Under the pieces are notes generated by a model. It saw nothing but the letters and a program-made list of their open reading frames with translations. It searched no databases and was not told where the DNA came from. Shown piece by piece: positions 36,078 to 51,315 of a stretch of 64,000 nucleotides of DNA. Within the stretch, counting starts at the first letter, position 1. Every line of letters begins with the position of its first letter. Made by a program: the position numbers and the translations under genes. Origin of the DNA: Octopus bimaculoides (taxonomy: Eukaryota); the NCBI RefSeq assembly GCF_001194135.2, contig NC_068984.1:38875444-38939443 (forward strand), given 5' to 3'.

Positions 36078-38410
36078 TTAAGAATACATACTAAAAAAGT
36101 GAAGAGTAAAACTAGGATGGCTAAAATCTAAAGAAAGAATAACAGATACTATAGTGATAGTGGGTAGTATGTTTTAATGGAAATTAGAATATGGAGTCTA
36201 TACATTATAAACGATTATTTTGTATTGAGAAGAAAATGGGATTTGTCCAAAAGAAAGCAACTATATGATGTATTTAACACAACGAATAAAATAATATCTA
36301 TACCATGCCTTTACTATAAGATTGGGCAGTTAAAAAAGTCACTATAAAGAAATTTGCTGACTTTTAACCACGAGATTAGAAGCCTTAACATTCTGGAGCA
36401 AAAGAGAAATTGAGATTTTCGGGGAACAGGGGATCATATTTTGAAGCATTGACAAATTTGAAAACAAGTCATTTTACAAATTTGTACAAATGTAGCTTGT
36501 AGTAATTATTGGAGTTTGAATTAAAACACTAATTAATAATCATTGAGCAAATAGTTAACTTAGGAGTTGGCAAAAATACCTAACACGTGCATTCTTTAAT
36601 AATATTTGGAGATGAATGGTTTCACATGAATTTCATGTAAGACTAAGTAAATAATGAGAAATTATTTCATAACTAATTGCAGCTGGAATCTGTTGGGGCT
36701 GGGGCACCACTAGATACTTGAAAGCAACCTTCCAAAAGAAGAAAGTATGATCTGGGTTAGTACTTTGTAATTTACAGCTGTTGAAATTCATTTCTGTACT
36801 AAAGATTCAAATCCCACATGCTACTGTCACAACTTATTACATATGTAGTGAGACATGAAAGAACTACGTCCATTTCATCCAATTGGAGCTGGCTGCGGAA
36901 GAATGCATGTGGCAACTTCCACCCAGCAGCATTGTATGACTTTTTCAAGGAGCTAAAACAGTTGCAGCATTGACAACGAGAAAGCAACATCACTTTCTAG
37001 AATGTGGCATCTGTTTTATGTTCACCACCAACTTAATTGGACAGAGTTAATGGTCCTAGTGCTACATCAATCTTTCAGCTATGTATTTATTATAGAGTTT
37101 ATAACCAACATCACATAGTTCATTTCATTTTTAGCAGATTTCATTGAGTGGCTTGTAAGCACCAACTTAAATACATCATAAGTCTAGGGAATTTCATTCA
37201 TGACTCACTACACATTTCGTATTCTCCCATTGCACTACACACTTTTTAACTTTTACAAACCAACTTTAGTGGTTTTACTGCAACACGTGATTTACACTAA
37301 AGAATACAGTATTATATTCTATTTACAACATTGCCTTCAGATATTTATTTGTACATTCATGTCATACACATAGTGGTACCGATTAAATTGGTGACTACTA
37401 ATCCACTTAAACTGTGACCCCCCCCCCACTGGTGACCTTCCTACATATTGTCTCATTACTAAACATATCAACAGAAGAAATATTTTTATACTTGTTAATA
37501 ATGACTTCTTTGCTAGGTATAAAACCTGTTGTAAGGTAAATGAGTGTCATACCTTAACACAATTATGTTCATTTTTAAGTTATAAATAAAGTTTCAAGCA
37601 AATAAAATGGTTTAAGTGTAACAATGCCACCAGCAAAATACAAGCTCTAAATTACTTACTCTATTTCAGCAACTACTGTGCAGCATCATTAAAATAACAT
37701 CTTAATCGGGATTGCAGACTTAGGGTTATGGGAATGTGAAGTAAAGCATTTTCAACTGGAGATGAAAACGAGTGATAGAAAATAGACAAGGACTCACTCA
37801 ATGATCTCATCAATAAAACAGCAACTAAATATTTTCTTAACTGAAAACTAACTTTTTGTATCACTACAATGCTTCCTTTCATTTTTTTTCAATCAACTTT
37901 TTAGCATATCAATGGTGATAACAGCAGCTGAGCCTAGGGTAAGATGGCAAGAAGATAAAGTATGACAGGAAAAACAGATTTAATTAGTGTGAAAGGATAG
38001 TAGAGGAAAGAGAAACAGCAAAGGCAATGCTAGGAGGAAGACAAGAGTAATATTAGAGTTAGTGGGAGAGGCAGTAATGGCTGTTTGGAGGTGAAAGGAG
38101 GATTGATTGATGGGAAATTAGAGATGAGAAACAGTTAGAAAAGAGTGAAACCTCAATCATAAATAACGTGAGAAAGGGAGTGATGGTCAACACAAAGATC
38201 CATATTTCCCAAAGTATGTAGTGATGGTGGGGAGAGAGACAGAGGGGTTAAGTATTGTGATGGGGAAAGATGAAAGAAAGGATGGTGTGGAGGTTGAATA
38301 GAGAGATTTCCAGTGTTATCTCATATCATATAGACTACATGATACAGTGAATATGTGCAGGTGAGACAGAGAGAGGTAAGATAGTATTCAGGAATTGGAA
38401 GGGCTTGGCC

Positions 38411-38600
38411 TTCATGCCGGTGGCACGTAAAAGCACCCACTACACGCTTGGAGTGGTTGGCGTTAGGAAGGGCATCCAGCCGTAGAAACTCTGCCAAATC
38501 AGATTGGAGCCTGGTGTAGCCATCTGGCTCACCAGTCCTCAGTCAAATCGTCCAACCCATGCTAGCATGGAAAGCAGACGTTAAATGATGATAATGATGA
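38411..38600 (+). mobile_element. Short RTE 3'-tail copy
   Basis: ggtggcacgtaaaagcacccactacac...ggaagggcatccagc...gttaaatgatgataatgatga. Confidence 0.8.
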
Positions 38601-38685
38601 AGGTGCATAGAAATTAAGCCAAAGGGGTCAGGAGACACAGGATACACACACACTCATCCACAAGGCAAAAACTAATCAACCTTTA

Positions 38686-38817
<132 letters not shown>

Positions 38818-39247
38818 CTATAAAATGAGATAATGTTTAAAACATTTCTGTAAATTAATATGACTAATGATCATCTCTGTAACTTGATAATAAAATTATT
38901 TTTGTAAAATAATTTTAAAATTTATATTGTCTTTTTCAATGATCCAATTGAACTATTTTAGAATGAACCAATAATTGCTTGCAAATAAACTACTGCGAAC
39001 ATCTGTGACAAAAATGGCATTTATAGTCAAGTTTGACAAGAAGTATTGGTTTATATTAAATGATATTGATTTTTTTAAATCCATTCTTAAAATCTCAAGA
39101 CAGTTACAAGAGCAAGAGACAGTAAAAAGTTGTGGAACTGATAAAAAGACTGATAAAATCCTTCATACAAAAGCAGAAAAATATATTCAAATTTGTGTTT
39201 CTATAAGAAAGACTGACTACTTAAATGATATGGTAATATCTGAATCA

Positions 39248-39427
<180 letters not shown>

Positions 39428-40771
39428 TCAATTTTGTGAAAGACTAAAATAATTAATGATACTATTTATACCACAGTTGGCTGACTGACTGATACAGAAG
39501 AAAGTACCAATGGAGTGGGTTTCTTTGAGGTGGACCTCAACTTGTCAGAAAGTGACCCATACATTTGGTTTCATTACCTTCCTCTGCAACAGACAGCCAC
39601 TGACCCAGTTTTAGTTTTGAGTAGTACCTTCTGTAGCATGTCCGTCATGCATAACCCTCTTCTTCATCTGCTGGCTCAGGCATTGAGATCTGTTGTAGTC
39701 ATCAAATACTTGTTCCACCGTTAGGAGGTTGGTCGCGCTTAATCAAGTTCCTTGTCCTCGACCTAGCAGTCAAGGATAGCTCTACCAAGCGTTCAGAACT
39801 CCTGACTGAATGATGACCGATATAAAATCAGTTGTATCACAATTAAAAGTTTTCTTTGACACTCATCTACCAATAAAATACAAGTCCCACATGTCTTATT
39901 TAGTTCTACTTTTATGGCCATCATAGTGTGAAAAAAAAAAAAAAAATCTAATACTTGTGCAGTGAAAAAACTTTACCTTTCTAATATTAATTTAATCTTG
40001 GCAAGTCTAGGCAACAAATCCGGACATGTTTTGGTTCTCTATACCCTCAGCTAAACATAGCTTCCTCTGTAATTGATGTACAGTAATAAATGCCCTTAAC
40101 ATTTCTGATCTTATAGGAGTTATTCATGCCAGCATTCTTGAATGAAAAATATATTACAATGGTGTGCAGCAAAGAAAATTGATAAAAATATGAAGAAAAG
40201 CAAATTGATTTTATCTAAAAAGTTGAAGTTGATATTTCTATACAAACCAATAGGTGGATCACATGCTACTAATATATTACTGACAAGTTTATTGCTTTTC
40301 AATCAATACAAATCTCATTCCAAGAAGCCTATTCTTACAAAACTGCCACAATAAATTTATATACTCTCAACCAAATACACTAATTATCTGATTAATGAGA
40401 GTAAAAAGAAAAAGTCATTTAGGTAAGCAATGAATTTCTACCTCTTCATTCTTTTAGGAAGACAATTTCATAATTTGACTCAAAAGTAAATCAAACCTGC
40501 TTTTTAAAGTAGTTCTCTCAAATGGAGGATAGCAAATTTAGGATCTTTTTTTTTTTTTTCATATAGTAAAAATTTTGCAAGATTTTTTTACTAAAACTGG
40601 TTTCAAATGTTGGCAAGTTGTCTCTACATAAAATTAGATTTGAAATAAAAATGTGCTTGTTGGTTTGCAATGAGATGAAGTAGATCCTTATACACTTTGC
40701 AGAGATTTTCATGGATATGAAATTAGCAGCGCACAACTCGGCAAAAACAGTGTGCTAGACCAAATATCTTT

Positions 40772-40781
40772 NNNNNNNNNN
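40772..40781. other. Assembly gap (10 N) with duplicated flank
   Basis: The sequence after the gap (ggatagcaaatttaggatct + T run) duplicates 40527-40558. Confidence 0.95.
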
Positions 40782-41004
40782 GGATAGCAAATTTAGGATC
40801 TTTTTTTTTTTATTATAATGACACTCTTCAGTTTTAAGTATTTCTCACAAGAATACATGTGAAGTGAGACTTAAAAAGTTTTTATATTTATTTTGAACAC
40901 AAGACATTTAGAATATTACACAATACATTGTTTACTATAACACTAAAATCATTTAATAAAATGAAATATCTTTACATTAAAAATATGTATGTATATTAAA
41001 CATC

Positions 41005-42010
41005 ACACTCCAGGGGAAGAAACTAGAAGTAGTTGATAGCTTCCACTACCTAGGTGACCAAGTTAGTAGTGGGGGTGAATGCTCAGACAGTGTTACCACT
41101 AGAATAAGAATAGCCTGGGCAAAGTTTAGAAAACGTCTACCCTTACTGGTGACAAAGGGTCTTTTGCTCAGAGTGAAAAGTAGATTGCACAATATATGTG
41201 TGCGAACTGCCATGCTTCACGGCAATGAAACATCGGCCGTGACTGCAGAGGACATGCGTAGGCTCGAAAGAAATGAAGCTAGCATGATCCGCTGAATGTG
41301 TAATGTCAGTGTGCACACACGACAGAGTGTAAGCACCCTGAGAGAAATGTTGGACATAAGAAGCATCGGATGCGGCGTGCAAGAGAAACGTTTGCGCTGG
41401 TATGGTCATGTACTACAGATGGATGAGGAGAGATGTGTGAAGAAGTGCCACTCCTAAACAGTTGAAGGAATCCGGGGTAGAGGTAGACCCAAGAAGACAT
41501 GGGATGAGGTGGTCAAGCATGACCTTCGAATATAGGGCCTCACAGAAGCAATGACGAAAGACCGAGACCTATGGAGACATGTTGTGACTGCGAAGACCCG
41601 ACAAATAAAGTGAGTTCACGGCGTATCCTACACCAGCTTCACATAACCAGCCCCAGCCCATTCAAGTAGCTTGGATCGTGGGGCAACCTGCTGTGCTTGA
41701 GGAGACCTTGAGTCAAGTACATCAACATCAAAATAAAAATCAACTGGAAATTGTAATTGTGATACCCATGCTGGTGGCACGTAAAAAGTACCATCTGAAC
41801 GTGGCCAATGCCAGCGCCGCCTTGACTGGCTTCCGATTGCGACTGTTGCCAGCCACCCCTGGCTTCTGTGCTGGTGACACGTAAAAAGTACCCACTACAC
41901 TCACGGTGTGGTTGGCGTTAGAAAGGGTATCCAGCTTCCAAGACCCCAGTTGAACTGTCCAACCCATGCTAGCATGGAAAACGGACATTAAACGAAAATG
42001 ATGATGATGA
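41005..42010 (+). mobile_element. RTE LINE 3' portion with complete tail, in Rab2 intron 3
   Basis: LEVVDSF.YLGDQVS.GG.CS.SV.TRIRIAWAKFR...RGRPKKTWDEVVKHDLR..GLTEAMTKDRDLWRH, followed by the 3' UTR and (GAT)n. Confidence 0.9.
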
Positions 42011-42881
42011 CAAACAGTTTGAATATATTAAATGATATATTGACTGGATAGTCACAGCAAGAATGCTTTTGGAAAGTTCCAACAGCTATTACAGTAGTTG
42101 AAACAAAACTTTTAACACCTTTCTTCTTGTAACAGCATATAATGCACAGGTTGAGGTTTATAACAGCATTTAAACAGAAACTACATAGCCTTTGTTATTT
42201 TCATCTGAATCATTCTGAAGTGTTTCAGATAGTAAATGACAGAGCAATCCAATCTTAGGGGCACGCTGTTCTTGTGAAACATGAACCTTTAATGTACTAT
42301 CACTTACCATAGAAAAATGTAACATTGTAATATCAAGTTAAATTCTTTATTACACATTTGTTAGCTTGGACAATAGATATAACTTTTGCCATTCTGAATA
42401 TGACCGTGGAATAAGGAGTAATATCTAGTTCTTGCATATAATGAGCACCCTTAATTTTTAGGGGTAACAATCTAGAAACAGTGCATGTTATACAAAAATT
42501 AGATATATGATACATGGGTGTGTATATACAAAGTGTATCATTAAAAAAAAAATCAATAAAAAAATAAAAAATTGTACAAAGAGTCTTGAAATGCCATAGC
42601 CGGTTCATATCAGGTTAACTAATATCAGAGAGAGAGAGAGTGTGTTTGTGTGTTGCCTAAGAAACGACTTACTGTTTAACCAAGTTAAATAAACAGTTGA
42701 TTAGTTAATTGGATATTTAACAAATTGTCTAATATTAAAGGAGTGGAACTGAGACAGTGCATGTGTTAATAATATTGGCATAATGACTCTCACTAGACAA
42801 CTAAATTTATTTCAACACACAAATTCACATAAAGAATCTTGCAAACCAGATACAAAAATGTAGATATAACCATTACAACCA

Positions 42882-43099
42882 ATCTTACCAATCAATTTTG
42901 CACTGGGTACTAAAATTAGATGTTACATAACAGCATGGTTGAGTAATACCATTTGCTTTTCAGAGATAACAGGTATGGAAAAAGAAAAATTTTATTATTT
43001 TTTTCCATACCTGCTGTCTCTGAAGAGCAAATGTATTACTTAACCATGCTGTTATATAACATCTGATTTAGTACCTAGTGTGAAACTGATTGGTTAGAT
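42882..43099. repeat. Near-perfect long hairpin / MITE in Rab2 intron 3
   Basis: Arms of about 100 bp (atcttaccaatca...caggtatggaaaaa / ttttccatacctg...tgattggttagat) around a short A/T loop; a partial third arm at ~43435-43530. Confidence 0.85.
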
Positions 43100-43551
43100 C
43101 AGCTATAATGGATTTATAATATTGTATATTGAGATTAACAAACCCACTGACAAACATACAAGTGCATCTTTTTTCTAATGTATGGATCCTTAGACAACTT
43201 ACACGCTCTCACACATTGCATGGTATATTGCAACAGATTGCACATGACAGTTGTTATCCTTGACAGTCTGATCTACATAGTTGTCAAAGACTCACCTCAG
43301 ATACATATTCCCACCATAGAATACATCTTATTCCCACCATAACCTAGGACATTCAAAAAATATCTCAATGCCTTCCAACAAGTTCTACATGAGGTGGCTG
43401 CCACTGCAGATGATGGACCTGGTCACATATTTTTTCTGCCATACCTGCTATTTTTGAAAAGCATGCAGTATTATTTGACTGTGCTGTTATATAACATCAA
43501 GTTTTAGCACTCAGTACAAAACTGATGGGTAAGATCAGTTGTAATTGATAT

Positions 43552-43583
<32 letters not shown>

Positions 43584-46500
43584 GAAAGAGAGAGAAATAT
43601 TGGTCATGGGGAAATATTACTTTACTTCGAAACAGGTGAGGGTTGGCAACAAGCAGGGCATCCAGCTTACAGAAAATCTGCCTCAACAAACTCTGTGCAA
43701 CCCATGTGAGCATGAAAAAGAGGACATAGAAAACTTTGTCAATGATTATGATCTAGACATTTATACAACACTTGAAATCCAGTTGTTGTCTTAAGAATGA
43801 TGTGTAGTTCTCAGTGAATCCATAAACCAATTTTAATTTCCAGTTAGACTCAAATCACTTGTGTCACTAATGTTCTTAAGAGAACAAGAGAATAAACTTA
43901 ATTCATAAGTCAATAGAATTAATCATCTATTGACATCTACCCTATGAACAGTCAAGTGACTCATGTGAATATATAGAAATAATACAATTGTACATAAATC
44001 TGCTCTTCTAATACAAAGAATATTGATGGGACACTCCTATAAAATGTCTACTAAGTGTAGACAACAGATAGAATAGTCACCGGAGAAAGAAAGAAAAAAA
44101 AGAGATGTGATGTGAAAGTTAGATGTAAAGACCAACAGAAAGTTAATGATGAAAAAAATGAAAAAAAAAAGAGGCTAATGGCTTCAAAATCTGCAACAAC
44201 TCTATCACAATTGTATCCATTTTTATTTGTGCATTTAGTTTTTGCTTCAACAAGATTCATGACAAGCTGGATTTTGAAGAAAAAATAAATAAATGTAACA
44301 GGTGTTTTTACAAATTCAAATTGATAGTAAGACTTCAAAAGTCTAGCACGTGACTACACATTTGTTGCAGTCTTAATTCCAGTAATGTGACATTTTTTTC
44401 TTAGCTTGGAATTCCTTTATTTGAATGTAAAGCAAAAAGTTTTTTAAAAACAAGTATATTCACAAACATGTGCATACAAGTATCCTTTTGCTCAATTTTT
44501 TTTTTTCTTTTACTGATTGTTTCTGCTTGCCATCTGTTTTAGAAGATCAATGCATAAAGTTCAATCTGAAAAGTTCTGTCTAGAATAAAATAAAACCTCG
44601 ATAATTTGTACTACAATAAAGATATTTAAAATATGGAACTTAATTTTGAATCACTGTAAACTGCAAATATGATTTCTTAGAAACTTGTAGTAAAAGTATA
44701 CTATCAACTGAATTGATACCATTATATACCTGGTGGTTATTTTATCAATCCCAGAGAGGTTTGAACCTGAACATAGAAGATTTAAACTACACACTCTTAG
44801 GCGTTTAGCCTGACATTCTACCATTTCTGCCACTAAGACCATACAGTAATACATATATTGATGTTTTCCAATTAGGGAAACAAAAAGTGATGGGGAGAAT
44901 AAGAAAATTCCACACCAATTTATTTTCTCCACCAATGTTTATTAGTACTCATCTGCGTGCTATTTTCTGTTTAAATTTATTCTCAATTTCAACCTAATTT
45001 AAGTTGCCAGTACTTTGAACACGCTAGTATTTCAATATTATGACCAGCTGTGTTGTTATTCACTGACAACATACAACAAAATTGGATAGACTAAAACCAT
45101 TCAAATTCCCAAGTATCCTGTAAAGAAAATTAGTTATAGAAGGGTTATTAAATTTAAACTTAACTTTTTAAAATTCTCTTGTGTATTCATTTTTTTTTTT
45201 TTTGAAGTATGGGTGATAGTCAAACATACCCAGTGCCCAAAATATTTGTAAATGAATACTAAACTATTAAAACAAGTCAAATAACACTACTGCATTATAT
45301 AAGTTACCAGAATATGAGAATAACAGAATGGCTAATACACAGTAAAGTAAGATATCCATAATGGAACAAGCTTGATCACATTTGCTAGACTTCTACCTAT
45401 GCAAACAGAAAAGCTTATGAAAACGAATTTGGAAGTTTCATGAAGTTGCTTCAAGAGTAAAACATTTACAAAAGTAAAAAGCTTTATGCCAAAAACTTCA
45501 GCAGTGAATAAATATAATATTTTGACAAACCTGTTGAATATATTAAAACCAAACTTACACATTGTTAGATAGGAAGAGGGTTCTAGAATGACAAATTTCT
45601 GAGGAAGAAGAATTCAATTCAAGTGCTTAATAGGGGATTAGGATAAGGGTATCAAAACAGTGGAAGAGAAGAGACAAGTGCATTGAGCCAATTTTAGGTG
45701 AGAAAGGAGTAAACTTTGTGGCAACTGGATAATATTTTCCTATTGAAGAAGCGTCTTACCAACCTTTGGTACCTTTCTGAGAAAGCCAAGATATGGTGAT
45801 GGTTGAGAAACCATGAAGACAAACCAAGGAATGTATGCAAAACATGAAAATAAGTCTACTGGAATAGCCAACAAGAAGTCCAGACTTGAACTTAATTGAA
45901 AATATATGGAAAATGTTGGCATAGCTTGTGTATGACAGACCAGAAATGACTAGTGAGGCAGAATTATGGAAATAGATTTTAGGAGCTAAAAGAAGACTGT
46001 AAACATGAGGCTTAATATCAATATAGGCAGTGTCCTTTGCTTGCAGTCAACCATGAAAGCATTTCTAGGCTGGTCATTGCTTTATGGACTAGGAGGTTAT
46101 TACTTTGTTAGGAAACAGATTAGGATTAGCAACAGAAAGTGCATCTGGCTGCAGAAAATCTGCCTCAACAAATTCCATATGATCATTTCAAGCAAGGAAA
46201 AGTGGATTTTAGAATGATGCTGATGTATACTTTGTTTGTATTATATTGACATCAGGAATCTATCATTTATTTTTTCCCCCACTAACTTCAATTATCGGTG
46301 AATGTGACAAAACACATGCATACAAGAATAGAATAATATATATAAAATGAAAACTTTTAGCTAATTTGATCGACGGAACAGCTTTATTGTTACGGAAGGA
46401 TAGTAGTGGAAAGAAGAGAGGAATGGAAAAGGGAAACAAAGTCCGGAATTAGCATGAAGAGAGAGCAAAACGAAATAGTAATGGTGAAAGCATGGATTGA

Positions 46501-46744
46501 TCTTCTTGCCATGCCTGAACAATTTAGATGGTTTATTAGGGTCAAAAACAGATCTTATTAGAGATACACAGGTTTATTATTGAGAGAATGGTATGAGAGA
46601 GAGACTAGCAGAGACAGTATTGGACAAGGGGGTTATATGTCAGTTTTCAGTATTTTTGAAATGGGGGTGGAACAAATAGGTATTACATATTTTTTATATA
46701 AAAAGAGTTTTCAACAACATTACACTCATAAACCAAAGCTTTCT

Positions 46745-47830
46745 ATTTTGGGAGCTGTAGCAGACAATGGAGCCCTCTCCACAGAGACATTAATAGAAAG
46801 TGGAGTGCCTCAGGGAACTGTATTAGGGCCACTACTGTTCATGGTGACTCTTTCGGACAAATCATCAGTTACACAGATAGCCATACTTACTAGCTATGCC
46901 AACGACACAAAAGTAGTACAAGCAGTCAAGGAACCTTCTGATGCTAATCTTCTACAGAAAGACCTAGATGCCATATATAAATGGGCTAAGGACAACAACA
47001 TGCAATTTAATGCAGACAAATTCCAAGCATTCCGCTACCAGCTAATTAGTGCTCAGAAGTCACAACAACAATACTTTGGACCAAAAGGAGTGGAAATCCT
47101 AGAATCACATACAGTGCATGATCTTGGGATTTATATGAGCAACGATGCCTCGTTTCACATGCATGTCACCAAGATGGTGATAGTGTGCAGGTGAATTGCC
47201 AGATTGATTCTGAGAACCTTCAGAACAAGGGACCAGGAAACTATGGTGGTCCTATGGAAGACATTTGTCCTTAGCTGTCTGGACTACTGCTCTCAACTAT
47301 GGTCACCCTACATTGTAGGATTAATAGCAGAACTCAAGGCGGTTCAGCAATACTACATGAGGAAAATTGCATCAATGGAACAGCTGAGCTACTCGGAAAG
47401 ACTAAAAGAGTTACAACTACTCCCTGGAGCGAAGACAGGAGAGATACACAGTGATAGATACTGAAGGGGCTGGCACCAAACTTTGTAATCGTGAGTTATA
47501 CCAGACCTTGAAATAGACGTCACTGCACTGTTCCAAAAGTCTCAGCTGTCTCATCTAGGATGAGGACCATGTACTGCAATAGCTTGGAATTCAAAGGCTC
47601 ACAGCTACTTAACTCTTTGCCAAAACATCTGAGGGACCTCCATGGAGTGGGAGTAGATGTTTTCAAGAAACTGGACCTCTTACTATCTAAGATCCCAGAT
47701 AAACCAATATCAAGGCAGGAAACTCAAAAGAGGGCAGCAATATTGAACTCCCTCCGTCAAAAGCTAAACCCATTGAACTGGCCAATTTAAAGGTGATTAC
47801 AATAGCGGTGTCACAGCCTCAAGGCTGAAA
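46745..47830 (+). mobile_element. CR1/L2-group LINE RT and 3' end, degenerate
   Basis: SGVPQGTVLGPLLF...YANDTK...LQKDLDAIYKWAKDNNMQFN.DK; LRTF.TRD......LWKTFV.S.LDYCSQLWSPY...LSY.ERLKEL. Confidence 0.88.
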
Positions 47831-48518
47831 CATAAAAGAATAAATTGTATTTTTCACTATTGACCCCAAATTATCTTTCCATTAACTTTGAACTGAGGAT
47901 GCTACAAATACCAGCCACATCTTTCTCAAATAATGCTCTAACATCCAAAAAAAATCTGAAGCTAAACAACTAACAGGATCCACTATATGGTCAATCAATC
48001 TACTAGAAATAGCAGCCCAAGTGCAATCAAATTATACCCTACTCCCTTCAAAAAGGAAGGATACATTAAAGAATAATATACAAAGAGTTATATAATCATG
48101 ACTAGAAGTTTTCATAAGTTGGATCAATCAAGGCTAAACAACTAAGTTTTTAGCCAACAAAGAAACTTTTTTAACGATTTTCAACCCATCTGCTTTCATC
48201 TACCCTTACTTTAATTATTTTTGCCATTTTCTCCTTTACTCCCATATAACAATATAGTACAAAATAATTGTCACTACTGAGACACTATCTTTGAGATAGT
48301 GTGTTAAAACAAGTTGACATTCTTAAAAATATTATATCAAGTCTTTAACATTGAAAAATGATTAATTTTTATCTAGTGCTTTACAACAAAAATATATCAA
48401 AAGAATCATATGAATAAGAATCATAAGCATAATTAAACAGGAAAAAAGGAACAATTAATACAAAGACAAGTATAATCATAATTATTAATTCATTAATGTT
48501 TTCTTTTGAATTTGTTTA

Positions 48519-48635
<117 letters not shown>

Positions 48636-51315
48636 CTAAACTCAAATAAAAGATTTTGCAACACTTTAATGGAATCTTAGAAAAATTCCTATACTTTCTC
48701 AATTCCATCATTAAACACAGATCTTGCCTTTCAGAATAATGGATTTTATCTGGGATGAAACTGATTGGCTAATATTACAAAATTTCATTTCAATCTTTAA
48801 AAAGGTTCATAACTATTATAAATTTCATCAAAATACAGCTCTACTATTCATAGTTGTCATGAAAAATTACATCTATGAGGAAATTTTCAATGAGATCAGA
48901 ACCAGTATGAGATGACAGTCAGAGATATAACCTTTCTTAAGACAAAGCAGACAGCTGCATGCTTCTGAGCTTCAAGATAGCTAAATTAGATTTTAACAGG
49001 TTAACTAGTTCAGTGAGGATGGAACTCATCCAATTAAGCTGTATAGAGACTTTGAAAGAATGCTGCCATCTGAATTTTCTAGTGCTGATTAACTCCATTG
49101 CTAATAAATTCTTCATTAATCAGCTGACATATTTTAGCCAGTCATATATTTCAGTGAGATTTTCCTTTGATACATTAACATGGATCTAAAGAAGACTCAG
49201 TCACCGTTTAAATTTGTACATGTTTCTTCTGTATAACTTGAGAATAAGAAGCAGGTCATATGAAACAGACTTATTGTTTATGTAAAAGACATATGATGCA
49301 GGCATGGCTGTATGATTAAGTAGTTTACTTCCCAGCCATATAGTTTCATGATCAGTCCCACTGCATAGCACCTTGGGAAAGTATTAACAATAGCCCAGAG
49401 TGTCAATCAAAGTTTTATGAGTGAATTTGACAAACAAAAACTGAAAGAAGCCTGTCGTTTGTTTGTGCACGCATGTGTGTGTTTCTTCTGATCTGGATAT
49501 CACACAGTTGAAAACAAGCATTGTTGTCATACAAGTGGGGTTGTTTGTTTCCATTTTTCTCTAAAAACAAGTCTGGTCATGGTGAAATATTAATTTATTT
49601 GGAAACAAGTGAGGACTGGCAACAGGAAAGGCATCCAGCCATAGAAAATTTACCTCAATAAATTCTGTCTAACCTATGCAAGCATAAAAAAGTTTACATT
49701 AGAACAATAATGATAATGAATCTAACAATGGAGACTAATGGTGGTCTGAGTAGATAAAAATTTTCCAATAAAAAGCTCTGCCTATAAGGTCAGAATTTCC
49801 TATCTTCTACAGCACATGAAAGCATACAGAATTATTCAAATTTGCAAATGTTATTTTCTTCTGATTACCAGATTTGACAATAAGTTAAAGGTACATAAAT
49901 CATCGGAGTGTGCACAACATGCCAAACTCTAGACTAGATGTTTTCTGATAACAAATGTCAACATTTGAGTTTAAACCATACCAAAATCAACTTTACTTTC
50001 CAGTTCCCTATTTTAATGAAATAATTATTTGTAACATATTGGAAGGGAATCAGTTATACTCATTAAAAAATCCTTAAAGCTAGAAAATATTTAACTATAA
50101 TCTAAGAAGTGAAGTTGAACTTCACTAGTTATTTTTCATATTTATAGAGGTTATCAGATTTTAAATTTCAATAAATGCAATTTAATCAAGTAAAATACTA
50201 AGTAAACAAATACAAAATAATTTACTATTAACCTCAAAATGAAAGAATTTCAATGTCCCATGATGTTGGGTATGTTTATGGCAATTAATAAAATACCATT
50301 ATTTTGGAGATACTCAACTATCACTAAGTTGGTGACTACTGCTATGTTCAAATTGGCTAGCTGCCAATTTGAATACTATCTTCCCTAGATCTCTGGCTAC
50401 CATAAACATCAGTAATGTAATGTTTACCAAATATAAATCATCTAAAATAGTATGTATTCACCTTTCTAAAAAATTATATAAAACATTCTTCAGGCAAGCA
50501 TTAGTTAAGCTAATAGGATAATTGATTTTGGTATCATCAAATTATTAACTGTTTTTTGGAAAATAGGTTACAGAATAAAATTCAAATAAGATACAGATTT
50601 AAATCATACTAAAAGATCTTACCCACAGTTCTCAAACAAATGGATAGTCAGCAAAACGTTGATTAACAAAGTATCTGTAAGTCTATTCATTAATGGAAGT
50701 GGTTTGATAATTTTGAGTTAAAATAGAATAGAAATAATTAGAAACATTTTAAGACTAAATAAATTATGACTGGAATGAATTTATTTATTACCAATAAGAT
50801 ACTTTTTCAATCATTGCTAGCAAAGCATTCAAGATTATTTATAAAAAGCTAAACTTCATTGAGAAACCTTCCTTCATTGTTCAACATAATCACTTCCACT
50901 TCTAATAATCTTAAACTAGGCTTACAAGATGTGTTCATTCTGTCTAAAATTAAGTACTGTGTCTGCTTCTCAAAAGATTGAGCTACACTACAATTTCCAC
51001 ACAAATTATTTTATGTCAGAAAGTCTACATTCACAAGTTTACTCATTAAGTATTAATTCAGTTTCAAGCTTTTCATTGATTTCACTTTTTAATCCAAAAC
51101 ATTGGTCTTTGGATTGTAAAAAAAATCCAAGATGTACAAATATTTGAAAAGCATACAATTTCAGGTTAAAAACAGACCTCAATCATGAATAAAAGGTATT
51201 GCTCTTAAATGTCAAATTTGATTAAAATATAACAAACCTTTATTACCTGTGACAATTCTAGTAAATTTTCAAATACAAGCTTTAGAAGTATTTTCCCCTA
51301 TATCTCCCACTCTCC

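Noticed and set aside
40527-40810. Direct duplication around the 10-N gap
   Set aside because: Most likely a contig-overlap assembly artefact.
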